A stretch of 42,682 nucleotides of DNA from an uncultured Bacteroidales bacterium (lineage in GTDB: Bacteria; Bacteroidota; Bacteroidia; Bacteroidales; UBA7960): contig CAYMDX010000005.1 in NCBI GenBank assembly GCA_964389125.1, positions 1-42,682 on the forward strand, written 5' to 3'. This document shows, in pieces, positions 27,935 through 37,996 of this stretch. The notes beneath the pieces were generated by a model that did not search any database, was not told where the DNA came from, and was given only the letters and a program-made list of their open reading frames with translations. A program made the translations under genes and the position numbers. Each line of letters starts with the position of its first letter. Positions within the stretch are counted from its first letter, which is position 1.

Positions 27935-28615
27935 CTAGTTAAGCCTGAAGCGTATGGGCATATTAAACTGTACCCTTACCGCCTGACCTCTCTGACGGCC
28001 TGGTTCCCAACTCGGCATTTGTCTCACAACCCTTATGGCTTCCTCGTCACATCCGCCACCGATGCCACGTAATATTTCTACATTGGTAACGCGGCCGTCG
28101 GGTTCTACAACAAATGTGACAAACACGGTACCTTGTATACCGGCTTCTCTTGCCATCTGGGGATACCTTAAATTCTCTTCGAGAAAGCGCTGCCGGGCTT
28201 CTTCACCGCCAGGAAACTGAGGCTGATCCTCCACAACCATGAAAATCTCCTCTTCTTCTTCCTCCTCATCTTCCCGGTCGATTTGGATGGGTTCATATTC
28301 CTGAACCTCAGTAAACACATCGGCGTCTGCGTCAATGGTGAACTCTTCTTCAAGATCCACGTCGTCGTCAACGATGATCAGCTCTTCCGATGGTTCAGGT
28401 GGTGGAGGTGGTGGTGGTTCCTCCGGGCGGGTGATTGGAATATCCTCCTCCTCAATGAAGTCAACTTCAAGCGTGCCCAGGTCAAACTGCGTCCGCTCGT
28501 ATTGCCTCCATTCAAAAGCAACCAATGCCGCTCCAAGCGCAATGATTATACCTATCTGCAAAAAGATGCGCTTCTTGCTTTCAAGGTCTGCTTTGGGTGA
28601 TTTTTTTTCTTCCAT
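27935..28615 (-). CDS. tonB: Energy transducer TonB, 226 aa
   Basis: N-terminal TM anchor, a Pro-rich segment (PEEPPPPPPPEP), an acidic spacer, and the C-terminal TonB domain (YP..A...GI.G.V.V.F.V...G.V.N..I.RG.G.G.DEEA.R). Confidence 0.85.
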   Translation of the reverse strand: MEEKKSPKADLESKKRIFLQIGIIIALGAALVAFEWRQYERTQFDLGTLEVDFIEEEDIPITRPEEPPPPPPPEPSEELIIVDDDVDLEEEFTIDADADVFTEVQEYEPIQIDREDEEEEEEEIFMVVEDQPQFPGGEEARQRFLEENLRYPQMAREAGIQGTVFVTFVVEPDGRVTNVEILRGIGGGCDEEAIRVVRQMPSWEPGRQRGQAVRVQFNMPIRFRLN

Positions 28616-28757
28616 AATAATGTTGAATCTGGTTGGTTTTTCCCTGTTTAGGGCTTATCTTTCTGAGAAATTTCTGAAAAACATTGTAAAAAATTGGGTT
28701 GCTAAGATACAAAGTATTTTATAAAAATCAACCGTTCGTTTTTTCTGTTCCTGGATT

Positions 28758-29174
28758 TTATCTTTTCCTGTGCAAGATTCTATATAACACAACTCCAAAA
28801 ACCGTTCCAAAACCATTGGCTAAAAAATCCAAAAAGGAGCCATGTCGGTCAGGGAAACAACAGAACTGTAACCATTCTGTCAGCGCGCCATATATGATAC
28901 CTGTCAGCAAACAAACAATAAGATGGTTGTTTTTTAGTCCGGAATGCTTGCTTTCTCTAACAAATCCAATGCATAGCAGCCATGCCAATACGGCAAAAAG
29001 GGCGAAATGAACAAGTTTGTCAAACTGTGGTATTTCGTGTAAACCTGTCTCCGGGATGCTTCTGCCGGGAAGGCTGATAATAAGAAAAATAAATAGCCCC
29101 CACAGGATAGCTGGCCAGAAAAAGCGCAAACAGGATAATGTTATCTTTAGCCTGCCAAACATGTTTTTACGCAC
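28758..29174 (-). CDS. VanZ-family membrane protein, 138 aa (alternative start at 29162)
   Basis: 4 TM segments, with the VanZ-like core ...[16 protein letters not shown].... The start at 29174 overlaps the gcvH stop by 8 nt. Met5 (29162) avoids the overlap. Confidence 0.7.
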   Translation of the reverse strand: MRKNMFGRLKITLSCLRFFWPAILWGLFIFLIISLPGRSIPETGLHEIPQFDKLVHFALFAVLAWLLCIGFVRESKHSGLKNNHLIVCLLTGIIYGALTEWLQFCCFPDRHGSFLDFLANGFGTVFGVVLYRILHRKR

Positions 29175-29547
29175 CGGTTAATTCTTTGTATTCTCCGGCG
29201 CTCAGCAGATCATCAGCTTCTGACGAATCCGCAATGGTTATTTTGATAATCCAGCCCTTCTCATATGGGTCCTGATTGATAATGTCCGGACTGTCTTCAA
29301 GTTCTTCATTAAACTCGGTTATTTCTCCGCCAAGGGGCATAAACAGGTCGGAAACGGTCTTAACAGCTTCGATACTGCCAAATGTTTCTTCTTTATCCAG
29401 GCTCTCACCAGCCGTGTCAACTTCTACAAAGACAATGTCACCAAGTTCATTTTGTGCAAAGTCGGTAATGCCGATAGTTGCGGTATTGCCTTCGATTTTG
29501 ACCCATTCATGATCTTTTGTGTACTTCAGGTTTTCAGGAATATTCAT
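29167..29547 (-). CDS. gcvH: Glycine cleavage system H protein, 126 aa from [16 protein letters not shown]
   Basis: Canonical GcvH: YTKDHEWV, the lipoyl-Lys motif ([12 protein letters not shown]), and the C-terminus. The track start at 29607 adds 20 non-homologous codons. Confidence 0.92.
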   Translation of the reverse strand: MNIPENLKYTKDHEWVKIEGNTATIGITDFAQNELGDIVFVEVDTAGESLDKEETFGSIEAVKTVSDLFMPLGGEITEFNEELEDSPDIINQDPYEKGWIIKITIADSSEADDLLSAGEYKELTGA

Positions 29548-29596
29548 GTTCGTGCGGGTTTTAAGTGATACAGAATATTTTGTATATATGAATGCC

Positions 29597-29604
29597 CAAA
29601 AATA
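29597..29604 (-). promoter_or_regulatory. -7-type promoter motif candidate (TATTTTTG) for gcvH
   Basis: Exact TAnnTTTG on the minus strand, about 50 nt upstream of the ATG at 29547. Confidence 0.35.
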
Positions 29605-29706
29605 CAATCTTTTTTTCGCACGAACAACAAAGGCTTTTTTACATTTCCCTGTATTAGCCCTTAATGGTTGTGCCGTTCGATTGATTATGTTTCTGTTGCT
29701 TTTGCT

Positions 29707-30027
29707 TCAGAAAAGACCAAGCTCCAGCTTGGCCGCATCCGATATGTTGTCCTGTGACCACGGGGGGTCAAATACCAGGTTGACATTCACCTGATTAACC
29801 CCTTCAACGGCTTTTACGGCATCGGCTACCTCCCCCGGCATCTGATCTGCTACCGGACAGTTTGGGTTGGTCAGCGTCATGGTAATGTCAACATTTCCTT
29901 CCTGGCTGATGTCAATGCCATAAATTAACCCCAGGTCGTATACATTGACCGGTATTTCCGGATCAAAAACGTTTTTCAGGGCTTCAATGATGGTTGATTC
30001 CTCTGGTTGAGCAGCTTTTTCTGTCAT
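29707..30027 (-). CDS. sufT: DUF59/MIP18-family Fe-S assembly protein (SufT-like), 106 aa
   Basis: The motif ...VFDPEIPVN.YDLGLIY......G.V.I.MTLT.P.CP... is typical of DUF59. It is the last gene of the suf cluster. Confidence 0.8.
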   Translation of the reverse strand: MTEKAAQPEESTIIEALKNVFDPEIPVNVYDLGLIYGIDISQEGNVDITMTLTNPNCPVADQMPGEVADAVKAVEGVNQVNVNLVFDPPWSQDNISDAAKLELGLF

Positions 30028-30157
30028 GTTTGTTGTGATTTATCAATTACAGCCGCCACTTCTATTACTTCACCCGGTCACCAGACATATTATTATTTGT
30101 TGTCATGATGGGAAAAGAAGAGACGAAGCGGCTGATGATGCCGGGTGTTTCGACCTC

Positions 30158-30586
30158 TTATGCTTCTTCTTTTTTCTGAAATGCCAGGGCGTAGAGTTTT
30201 ATCTGCTTGATCATGTTCACCAGTCCGTTGGAACGGGTTTGTGACAGATGTTCTTTGAGGCCGATCTCATCGATGAAAGCCATATCGGCCTCCGCAATAT
30301 CTTTAGGTGGCTGATGCGACAGCACCCGTATCAGCAAGGCAATAATTCCTTTGGTGATCAGGGCATCGCTGTCAGCCCTGTATATCACTATCCCGTCGCG
30401 GTATTCGGCGTGAAGCCAGACACGTGCCTGACATCCTTTGATCAGGTATTTCTCAGTTTTATATTCTTCAGCAATGGCAGGGACCGACTTGCCAAGGTCG
30501 ATGAGATAGTTGTACTTATCCATCCAGTCATCAAAAAGTTCAAATTCGTTGATGATCTCTTGTTCTTTTTCTTTGATTGTTGACAT
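30158..30586 (-). CDS. sufE: SufE-family sulfur acceptor, 142 aa
   Basis: SufE/CsdE pattern, including the persulfide Cys loop (IKGCQARVWL) and ...SDALITKGI.ALL... Confidence 0.85.
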   Translation of the reverse strand: MSTIKEKEQEIINEFELFDDWMDKYNYLIDLGKSVPAIAEEYKTEKYLIKGCQARVWLHAEYRDGIVIYRADSDALITKGIIALLIRVLSHQPPKDIAEADMAFIDEIGLKEHLSQTRSNGLVNMIKQIKLYALAFQKKEEA

Positions 30587-30695
30587 CCCTGTTGATTTTG
30601 TTATGTTAAACCGGCTATTCTTTGTTGTAACGCTCTCAGACCTGCAATATATGAAATCTTTGCATTAAATAATACAAGAGGTAGCCGGAAGTTGT

Positions 30696-31214
30696 TTATT
30701 CATGCTTGTCTTGTTGATTATCTGAAGGTTTTTGAAACAAAAACTGTTTTTCTTCTTCGGTTAATCGCAGGTCAGTAGCGGTTTTAAATGGTGTCGGACG
30801 TGCCATGATCAGTAAAAGGATGATGATAGCAAGGACCATCATCAGGTTTGTATCACCGGTGAGCGTAAAGAAGAGGCAGGTAAAAACACCTGCGGCGAAA
30901 ATCAAAAGCAGCCGGTGTGTGATCAATGTCCTGAACTGCTTCATCTTATCTGACAGGTCCAGATCATCCGACATTTTGCGCATCCTTCCCTGGGGGTATA
31001 CATAGGCGACAACCAGCAGGAGGCCTGCCACTGCAATGGCAATTGTTTTGATGGTTGCCTGAAGCCGGGGCTCGTGTATAACCCATGCACCATACTGACT
31101 AACAGCGACTGATGAAACTAACAACAACAATATCAGGGTAAAAAAAACCCTTCCGTATATTTTATTAAGTGCCCGGAGTTGACGTATAACCTGTTCCTGC
31201 TGCATGGTTTTCAT
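30696..31214 (-). CDS. Uncharacterised 4-TM membrane protein, 172 aa, embedded between sufS and sufE
   Basis: Four hydrophobic helices are read from the translation (FFTLILLLLVSSVAV; IAIAVAGLLLVVAYVY; LLLIFAAGVFTCLFFTL; MMVLAIIILLLIMA). It is spaced 9 nt after sufS. I recognise no family. Confidence 0.5.
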   Translation of the reverse strand: MKTMQQEQVIRQLRALNKIYGRVFFTLILLLLVSSVAVSQYGAWVIHEPRLQATIKTIAIAVAGLLLVVAYVYPQGRMRKMSDDLDLSDKMKQFRTLITHRLLLIFAAGVFTCLFFTLTGDTNLMMVLAIIILLLIMARPTPFKTATDLRLTEEEKQFLFQKPSDNQQDKHE

Positions 31215-31223
31215 ATTAGCGGT

Positions 31224-32444
31224 TTATGCAAACATCTCTCTGACTTTCCTGAGTCCCTCAATCAGGGTATCTATCTCTTCCCGGGTGTTATACACTGCCA
31301 GTGAAACCCTGACCGTTCCTGGAATCTGATAGAAATCCATAATGGGCTGTGCACAATGATGTCCGGTACGAACGGCAATACCCATTTTGTCAAGGATGGT
31401 TCCGGTGTCAAACGGATGAATGTCATCAAACAAAAAGGATACCACATTGGCACGTCGCTTCGCGCTACCAAAGAAGCGGATCTTGTCAAGCTTGCCGAGC
31501 TCCTCCCGGGTATAGTCCAGAAGCTTTTCTTCATGCCCGGCAATGTTCTCATAGCCCAGGTCCCTGATAAAGTGTATGGCAGCATCCAGTCCGATCACGT
31601 CTGCCACATTCGGTGTGCCGGCTTCAAACTTGAAAGGCAATTCATTGTAGGTTGTGCTTGAAAAGCTTACCTCTTTGATCATCTCTCCGCCACTTTGGTA
31701 TGGCGGTATCCGTGTGAGCCACTCTTCCTTTCCGTAAAGAACCCCCGCACCCATGGGTCCATACATTTTGTGAGCGGAAAAACAGTAAAAGTCACAGTCG
31801 AGCTCCTGTACGTCAACAGCCATGTGTGGTGTGGCCTGTGCCCCATCCACCAGCACCGGTATGTCTTGCTGATGAGCAAGATCAATAATCTCCTTTACCG
31901 GATTGATGGTTCCCAGGACATTACTTACATGGGTGATAGCCACCAGTCTGGTTTTGTCGGTGAGCTTGTTCTTGAAATCTGTCATGTCAAGCTCTCCCTC
32001 CTGGTTCATGTCAATAACCCGAAGGGATGCCTGGTGCTCCTGGCAGGCAACTTGCCAGGGAACAATGTTTGAATGGTGTTCCATGGCGGATATGAGTATC
32101 TCGTCGCCGGCCTTGAGGAATTTTTTGCAAAATGAATGGGCCACCAGGTTGATGGATTCCGTTGTGCCGCGGGTAAAAATGATTTCATGCTGTTGCCGTG
32201 CATGAATCAACGAACGTACATTTTCCCTTGCCTGTTCATATGCATCGGTAGCCTGTTGGCTTAAAAAGTGAGCCCCGCGGTGAATATTGCTGTTTTCCTG
32301 CTCATAATAAGCCTTCAGCCGCTCAATGACCCTGGCCGGCTTCTGCGTGGTGGCGGCATTGTCCAGATAAACCAGCGGCCGGTTGTTTACTTCCCGTTCC
32401 AGAATGGGAAAAGATTTACGCAGTGTGTCGGTATCTAGAGGCAT
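31224..32444 (-). CDS. sufS: Cysteine desulfurase SufS (group II, PLP-dependent), 406 aa
   Basis: PLP Lys motif (FSAHKMYGP), active-site Cys (RTGHHCAQP), and the N-terminus ...YLDNAATTQKP.... Confidence 0.93.
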   Translation of the reverse strand: MPLDTDTLRKSFPILEREVNNRPLVYLDNAATTQKPARVIERLKAYYEQENSNIHRGAHFLSQQATDAYEQARENVRSLIHARQQHEIIFTRGTTESINLVAHSFCKKFLKAGDEILISAMEHHSNIVPWQVACQEHQASLRVIDMNQEGELDMTDFKNKLTDKTRLVAITHVSNVLGTINPVKEIIDLAHQQDIPVLVDGAQATPHMAVDVQELDCDFYCFSAHKMYGPMGAGVLYGKEEWLTRIPPYQSGGEMIKEVSFSSTTYNELPFKFEAGTPNVADVIGLDAAIHFIRDLGYENIAGHEEKLLDYTREELGKLDKIRFFGSAKRRANVVSFLFDDIHPFDTGTILDKMGIAVRTGHHCAQPIMDFYQIPGTVRVSLAVYNTREEIDTLIEGLRKVREMFA

Positions 32445-32455
32445 GTTTTGTTATT

Positions 32456-33862
32456 TTACAATTGGCTTAAGTCAATATTGAATGTTGTCGGCTCTTTGCT
32501 GTTACAATGCAAAACGCATTGTTCGCATATGGATAGTTCGCCCTTCAGGCGTTTTTCCACCATGTTATGGATACGATCACGCAGCGGTTCTATGCTGATT
32601 TTCCCGACCACCTCATCGGCAAAGGCAATCATCATCAGTTGCCGGGCGGTTCGCTCACTAAGGCCGCGGGAACGCATATAGAACATGGCCTCCTGATCCA
32701 GTTGTCCGACCGTTGCACCATGTGAGCACTTTACGTCATCGGCATATATTTCCAGGTGCGGCTGTGTGTTGGCCCGTGCATCATCTGTCAGCAGAATGTT
32801 TTTGTTATTCTGATGGGCAATCGTTTCCTGCGCGTGTCTTCTTACCAGCACCTTGCCCGAAAAGACCGCCGTGGCCTCTTCATCAAGGATCCCCTTATAT
32901 AACTGGTTGCTGTGACTCTTTGGCGCGCGGTGGTCAAGGTATACCTGGTTGTCTACATGCTGATTGCTGTCTACCAGATAAAGACCATAATGCTCAGACT
33001 GGCTGTCGGTGCCTGTAATGGTGGCATCTACCGTGTTTTTGGTAAAACCGCCATTCAATGTGATGATGTTGCTGAATACCCGGCTTGATGTCTTCTGATG
33101 AAAGAAGTTATTGGTGATAAGGGCCGAATTCCTGCCCTTATTCTGAATCTTATAATGATCAACCCGCGCATTCTCTTCCGCAATAACCTCCATGACGGTG
33201 TTGGTGAAACTCACATTGTGTGTCAGGGAATGGTCACAATGTACCAGGGTCAGGTTTGATCCTTTATCTGCGACGATCAGGTGGCGTGGCTGAATAAACA
33301 AAGGCTCTTCTGCGTGGACAATATTGATGAGTTGTATTGGCTTTTCCGTTTTAACACCTTCCGGGACATAAATAAACAGGCCATCCTGCACAAAAGCCGT
33401 GTTCAGGGCTGTCAGCTCGTTTCCCTCCGTTTTGGCAGCCTTCCCGAAATATTGGTCAACAAGCTCGGGATACACCTCCATGGCTTTTGCCAGGCTGCCG
33501 GTGATGATGCCATTGGATAATTTGGTCAGCGGCGCATTTTTATAAACAAACCAGCCGTTAAGCAAAGTGATGCTATAGGTGTCCAGGTCCTGTACATCGC
33601 AGGTAAAGATCTTGTCAATGTCGATGTTTCTGCTTTTGTTTTGAAAGTCAAAAGCATATTCTGTATCCAGAAGGGGCGAGAGGTCGGTAAAACGCCAGCT
33701 TTCCTTTTTGGTAGTGGGGAATCCGTGTTTCTTAAATTGTGAGAAAGCGTTATGACGGATCCTGTTTACCAGGGGGGAGGCTTGCCCGCGGATCTTATTC
33801 TGTTCCTGCTGGTAAAGCTCAACAAGCTTATCTTTCAGGTATGTGGTTTTTGTTGTTTCCAT
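32456..33862 (-). CDS. sufD: Fe-S cluster assembly protein SufD, 468 aa
   Basis: SufB/D beta-helix core with ...H.AP.S.S.Q.YKGIL......VF.G...V...AQ.T.A.Q.N.N.LL...A...T.P.LEI.ADDVKCSHGATVG.LD. It sits between sufC and sufS. Confidence 0.9.
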   Translation of the reverse strand: METTKTTYLKDKLVELYQQEQNKIRGQASPLVNRIRHNAFSQFKKHGFPTTKKESWRFTDLSPLLDTEYAFDFQNKSRNIDIDKIFTCDVQDLDTYSITLLNGWFVYKNAPLTKLSNGIITGSLAKAMEVYPELVDQYFGKAAKTEGNELTALNTAFVQDGLFIYVPEGVKTEKPIQLINIVHAEEPLFIQPRHLIVADKGSNLTLVHCDHSLTHNVSFTNTVMEVIAEENARVDHYKIQNKGRNSALITNNFFHQKTSSRVFSNIITLNGGFTKNTVDATITGTDSQSEHYGLYLVDSNQHVDNQVYLDHRAPKSHSNQLYKGILDEEATAVFSGKVLVRRHAQETIAHQNNKNILLTDDARANTQPHLEIYADDVKCSHGATVGQLDQEAMFYMRSRGLSERTARQLMMIAFADEVVGKISIEPLRDRIHNMVEKRLKGELSICEQCVLHCNSKEPTTFNIDLSQL

Positions 33863-33892
33863 AGTTTTATGTCACTGATACATACTAGGTTA

Positions 33893-34657
33893 TCAGCCTT
33901 CCTGGCTGTCTGCTGTTTCCTGCCTGAGCCAGTCGTACCCCTTCTCTTCCAGTTCCAGGGCCAGCTCCTTGCCACCGCTTTTAATAATATGGCCATCATA
34001 AAGCACATGAACATAGTCGGGTATAATGTAATCAAGAAGCCGTTGGTAGTGGGTGATGACCACGGTGGCGTTATCCTTGCGCTTCAGTTTGTTAACACCG
34101 TTGGCTACGACTTTAAGGGCGTCGATATCAAGGCCGGAGTCAGTTTCGTCCAGGATGGCCAATCGTGGCTCCAGCATCGCCATCTGAAAGATCTCGTTCT
34201 TTTTCTTTTCACCGCCCGAAAATCCTTCATTGACAGACCGGTTGGTCAGTTTTGAATGAATATCAACCAGCTTTTTCTTTTCTTCCATCAGCTTCATGAA
34301 CTCTGCACCTGATAACGGGTTCAGGCCGAGGTGTTTGCGCTTTTCGTTGATGGCCGTGCGCATGAAATTGGCCATGCTCACCCCGGGAATTTCCACCGGG
34401 TATTGAAAGCCCAGGAAAAGCCCCTCACGGGCACGCATTTCTGCCGGCATCTCCAGGATATTCTGCCCCATATAGGTTACTTCCCCTTCCTCGACATCAA
34501 ACATGTCCCGGCCGGCGATGACCGAAGCCAGGGTGCTTTTGCCGGAACCGTTTGGACCCATGATCGCATGTACCTCGCCTTCCTTGACCTCCAGGTTCAA
34601 AGACTTCAGAATGGTTTTTCCCTGAATGGAAACAGTAAGATTATGTATTTGTAACAT
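33893..34657 (-). CDS. sufC: Fe-S cluster assembly ATPase SufC, 254 aa
   Basis: Walker A (GPNGSGKST), ABC signature (NEGFSGGEKK), Walker B (LAILDETDSGLD). Confidence 0.95.
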   Translation of the reverse strand: MLQIHNLTVSIQGKTILKSLNLEVKEGEVHAIMGPNGSGKSTLASVIAGRDMFDVEEGEVTYMGQNILEMPAEMRAREGLFLGFQYPVEIPGVSMANFMRTAINEKRKHLGLNPLSGAEFMKLMEEKKKLVDIHSKLTNRSVNEGFSGGEKKKNEIFQMAMLEPRLAILDETDSGLDIDALKVVANGVNKLKRKDNATVVITHYQRLLDYIIPDYVHVLYDGHIIKSGGKELALELEEKGYDWLRQETADSQEG

Positions 34658-34691
34658 GTTATTGTGTTTAGATGAATGTATTCATTATGTC

Positions 34692-36140
<1,449 letters not shown>

Positions 36141-36270
36141 TATCCTTTCACCGTTTGGCTTATTTGGATTAATTATAAATTAAACCGCAAAGGTAACAAA
36201 CCTCCCCGTCATATTCAACAGGTTGCGGTTAAGTCATGCTATAGGAAAAACAAGGTATAAGCCAATATGT

Positions 36271-37314
36271 TTAGGTGGCTTGAAGCTTGATGTCCCCAAT
36301 CATTTCCAGTCCGGCGTGCTTTCCGGTCCCTTCAAAAACGGTATTGCCGGACCTGTCACGCATGGTGAGGGACAGACGGGCATCGATGCTTTCGTGGATC
36401 ATCCTGTCCATGTTGCCGGTCCTGGGTGCTTTGAGAGCGCCTTGTTGTTTTTTTGCAGCTCCTTTTTCCCCTTTAACTTCGAGCGTGAAGTCCCTGCCTT
36501 TGATGAGCAGCCTGACATGCTTGTCTGTTTTTTCTTTGACAGTGATTTCTGAGTTGAGATAAGTGGCAAAATCGGTTCTTTTGCCATCTAACAGGAAAAA
36601 CCCCAAAAAACCAGGAAATGATTTTCCGAGCCAGGGTATTTTGGCAACCGAAAGCATGAAAGCGGTTTTGTTGCGACCAAAATGGTTGGATTGCATCCAT
36701 ATCCAGGATTCGGGCATGGAAGAGCCCCAGTCTTTTTCAATATACCCTTTGCCCGCATTGAAGTCCATGGTTCTGTTATTGACATGCAAGATGCCGTCTG
36801 TATGGTGGTCCAGGCTAACAACACCGTGATAGCACTCCATGAAGGGTGCGTAACGGTACCACCCCATGATACCTGGTCTTTTGATACTTACAGGGAACAA
36901 CTGCGGTTCTGAAAATGTCAGGTTTCCGGCAATATGGTCTGTGTCTGATTGCAGGTCGAGTTCGATCCCGGAGCTTGAAAAATAGTTACCATCGATCCTG
37001 ACGGCAAATCCCTTTCGGCTAAACCGGAAGGATTCAACGGGGTAGCTGAAATACCATGTCTCACCTGAAATCCCGTTGATTACCTGGACGAATGCATGGG
37101 ATCCTTCCCTGCTCAGGGATATACCCGGGATAAAAGCCATGACGTTGTCGCCCCCTTTGCTGACACATTTGATATACCAGCCTTCAAAGTAATTGTTGCG
37201 CTTCCTGTTACCCTGAAACCATGCGGGGTGCCAGATCTTTTGCAGGTCGTAGAGGCCCGGCAGCCATTTTTTATGTGTCGTCCTGTGCGACCAGAAGCTT
37301 GAATCCTTTTCCAT
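36271..37314 (-). CDS. Tocopherol-cyclase-family-like protein, 347 aa
   Basis: It has the N-terminal ...W(F)QG.....YFEGWYIK... motif and the central ...GKGYIEKDWGSSMPESWIWMQSNHF... motif. These match my recollection of the hallmark tocopherol cyclase (VTE1/slr1737) motifs FFEGWYF(R/K) and GxGYxEKNWGxxFPxxWxWxQxNxF. The start overlaps the response-regulator 3' end by 44 nt. Confidence 0.6.
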   Translation of the reverse strand: MEKDSSFWSHRTTHKKWLPGLYDLQKIWHPAWFQGNRKRNNYFEGWYIKCVSKGGDNVMAFIPGISLSREGSHAFVQVINGISGETWYFSYPVESFRFSRKGFAVRIDGNYFSSSGIELDLQSDTDHIAGNLTFSEPQLFPVSIKRPGIMGWYRYAPFMECYHGVVSLDHHTDGILHVNNRTMDFNAGKGYIEKDWGSSMPESWIWMQSNHFGRNKTAFMLSVAKIPWLGKSFPGFLGFFLLDGKRTDFATYLNSEITVKEKTDKHVRLLIKGRDFTLEVKGEKGAAKKQQGALKAPRTGNMDRMIHESIDARLSLTMRDRSGNTVFEGTGKHAGLEMIGDIKLQAT

Positions 37315-37981
37315 GTACGTTGAGAAGTTCTACATTGGGGTCATCTTTCAGGTATTTCCGGAGCTTGGCAATATATACATCCATGCTGCGTGCGTTGAAG
37401 TAGTTGTCGTCTAACCAGATTTTGTTGAGCGCATCTGATCTGTCGAGCACATCATTCATTCTGTCGCAAAGCATTTTCAGGAGTTGTGCTTCTTTGGATG
37501 TAAGCTTTTGTTCCTCTTCCTCTTTTTTAAGGATCTGCCTTGCGAAGTCGAAGGTATAGCTGCCTATCCGGAAAAAGGTTTTGTCGGTATCTGCGTCTTC
37601 ACCGGTAAATGTCCGGCGATAGATGGCATTGATACGCAGAAGCAGTTCTTCCATGCTGAAAGGCTTTGTAAGGTAGTCGTCTGCACCTATCTTCAGGCCT
37701 TCGAGAATGTCTTCCTGCATGTTTTTGGCGGTAAGAAAAAGGATGGGTATCTTTTTGTCGATTTGCCTTATCTCTTTGGCAAGTGTAAAGCCGTCTTTGA
37801 CGGGCATCATCACGTCCAGGACACAAAAGTTGAACTTGTTTTTCAGAAAGGCATCGTAGGCTTCCTGTCCATCTGCACAAAGGGTTGTGGGAAATCCTTT
37901 GGCTTCGAGGTAGGCTTTCAGAATGGTGCCGAGGTTGGCGTCATCTTCCGCAAGCAGGATGCTGAAATTGGCTTCTTCCAT
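37271..37981 (-). CDS. OmpR/PhoB-family response regulator (RprY-like), 236 aa
   Basis: Receiver domain (ILLAEDD..., phospho-Asp in CVLDVMMPVKDG, LTAK) plus a winged-helix output domain (...LT.KE..LL..L....N.V..R...L..IW.........R..DVYI..LRK.L). Confidence 0.9.
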   Translation of the reverse strand: MEEANFSILLAEDDANLGTILKAYLEAKGFPTTLCADGQEAYDAFLKNKFNFCVLDVMMPVKDGFTLAKEIRQIDKKIPILFLTAKNMQEDILEGLKIGADDYLTKPFSMEELLLRINAIYRRTFTGEDADTDKTFFRIGSYTFDFARQILKKEEEEQKLTSKEAQLLKMLCDRMNDVLDRSDALNKIWLDDNYFNARSMDVYIAKLRKYLKDDPNVELLNVHGKGFKLLVAQDDT

Positions 37982-37996
37982 GGATTTTTGTTTTGG

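Noticed and set aside
29548-29706. Possible glycine riboswitch upstream of gcvH
   Set aside because: The conserved glycine-aptamer elements (GGAGAG...CACCGAAGGGGCAA-like cores) are absent, and the region is AT-rich.
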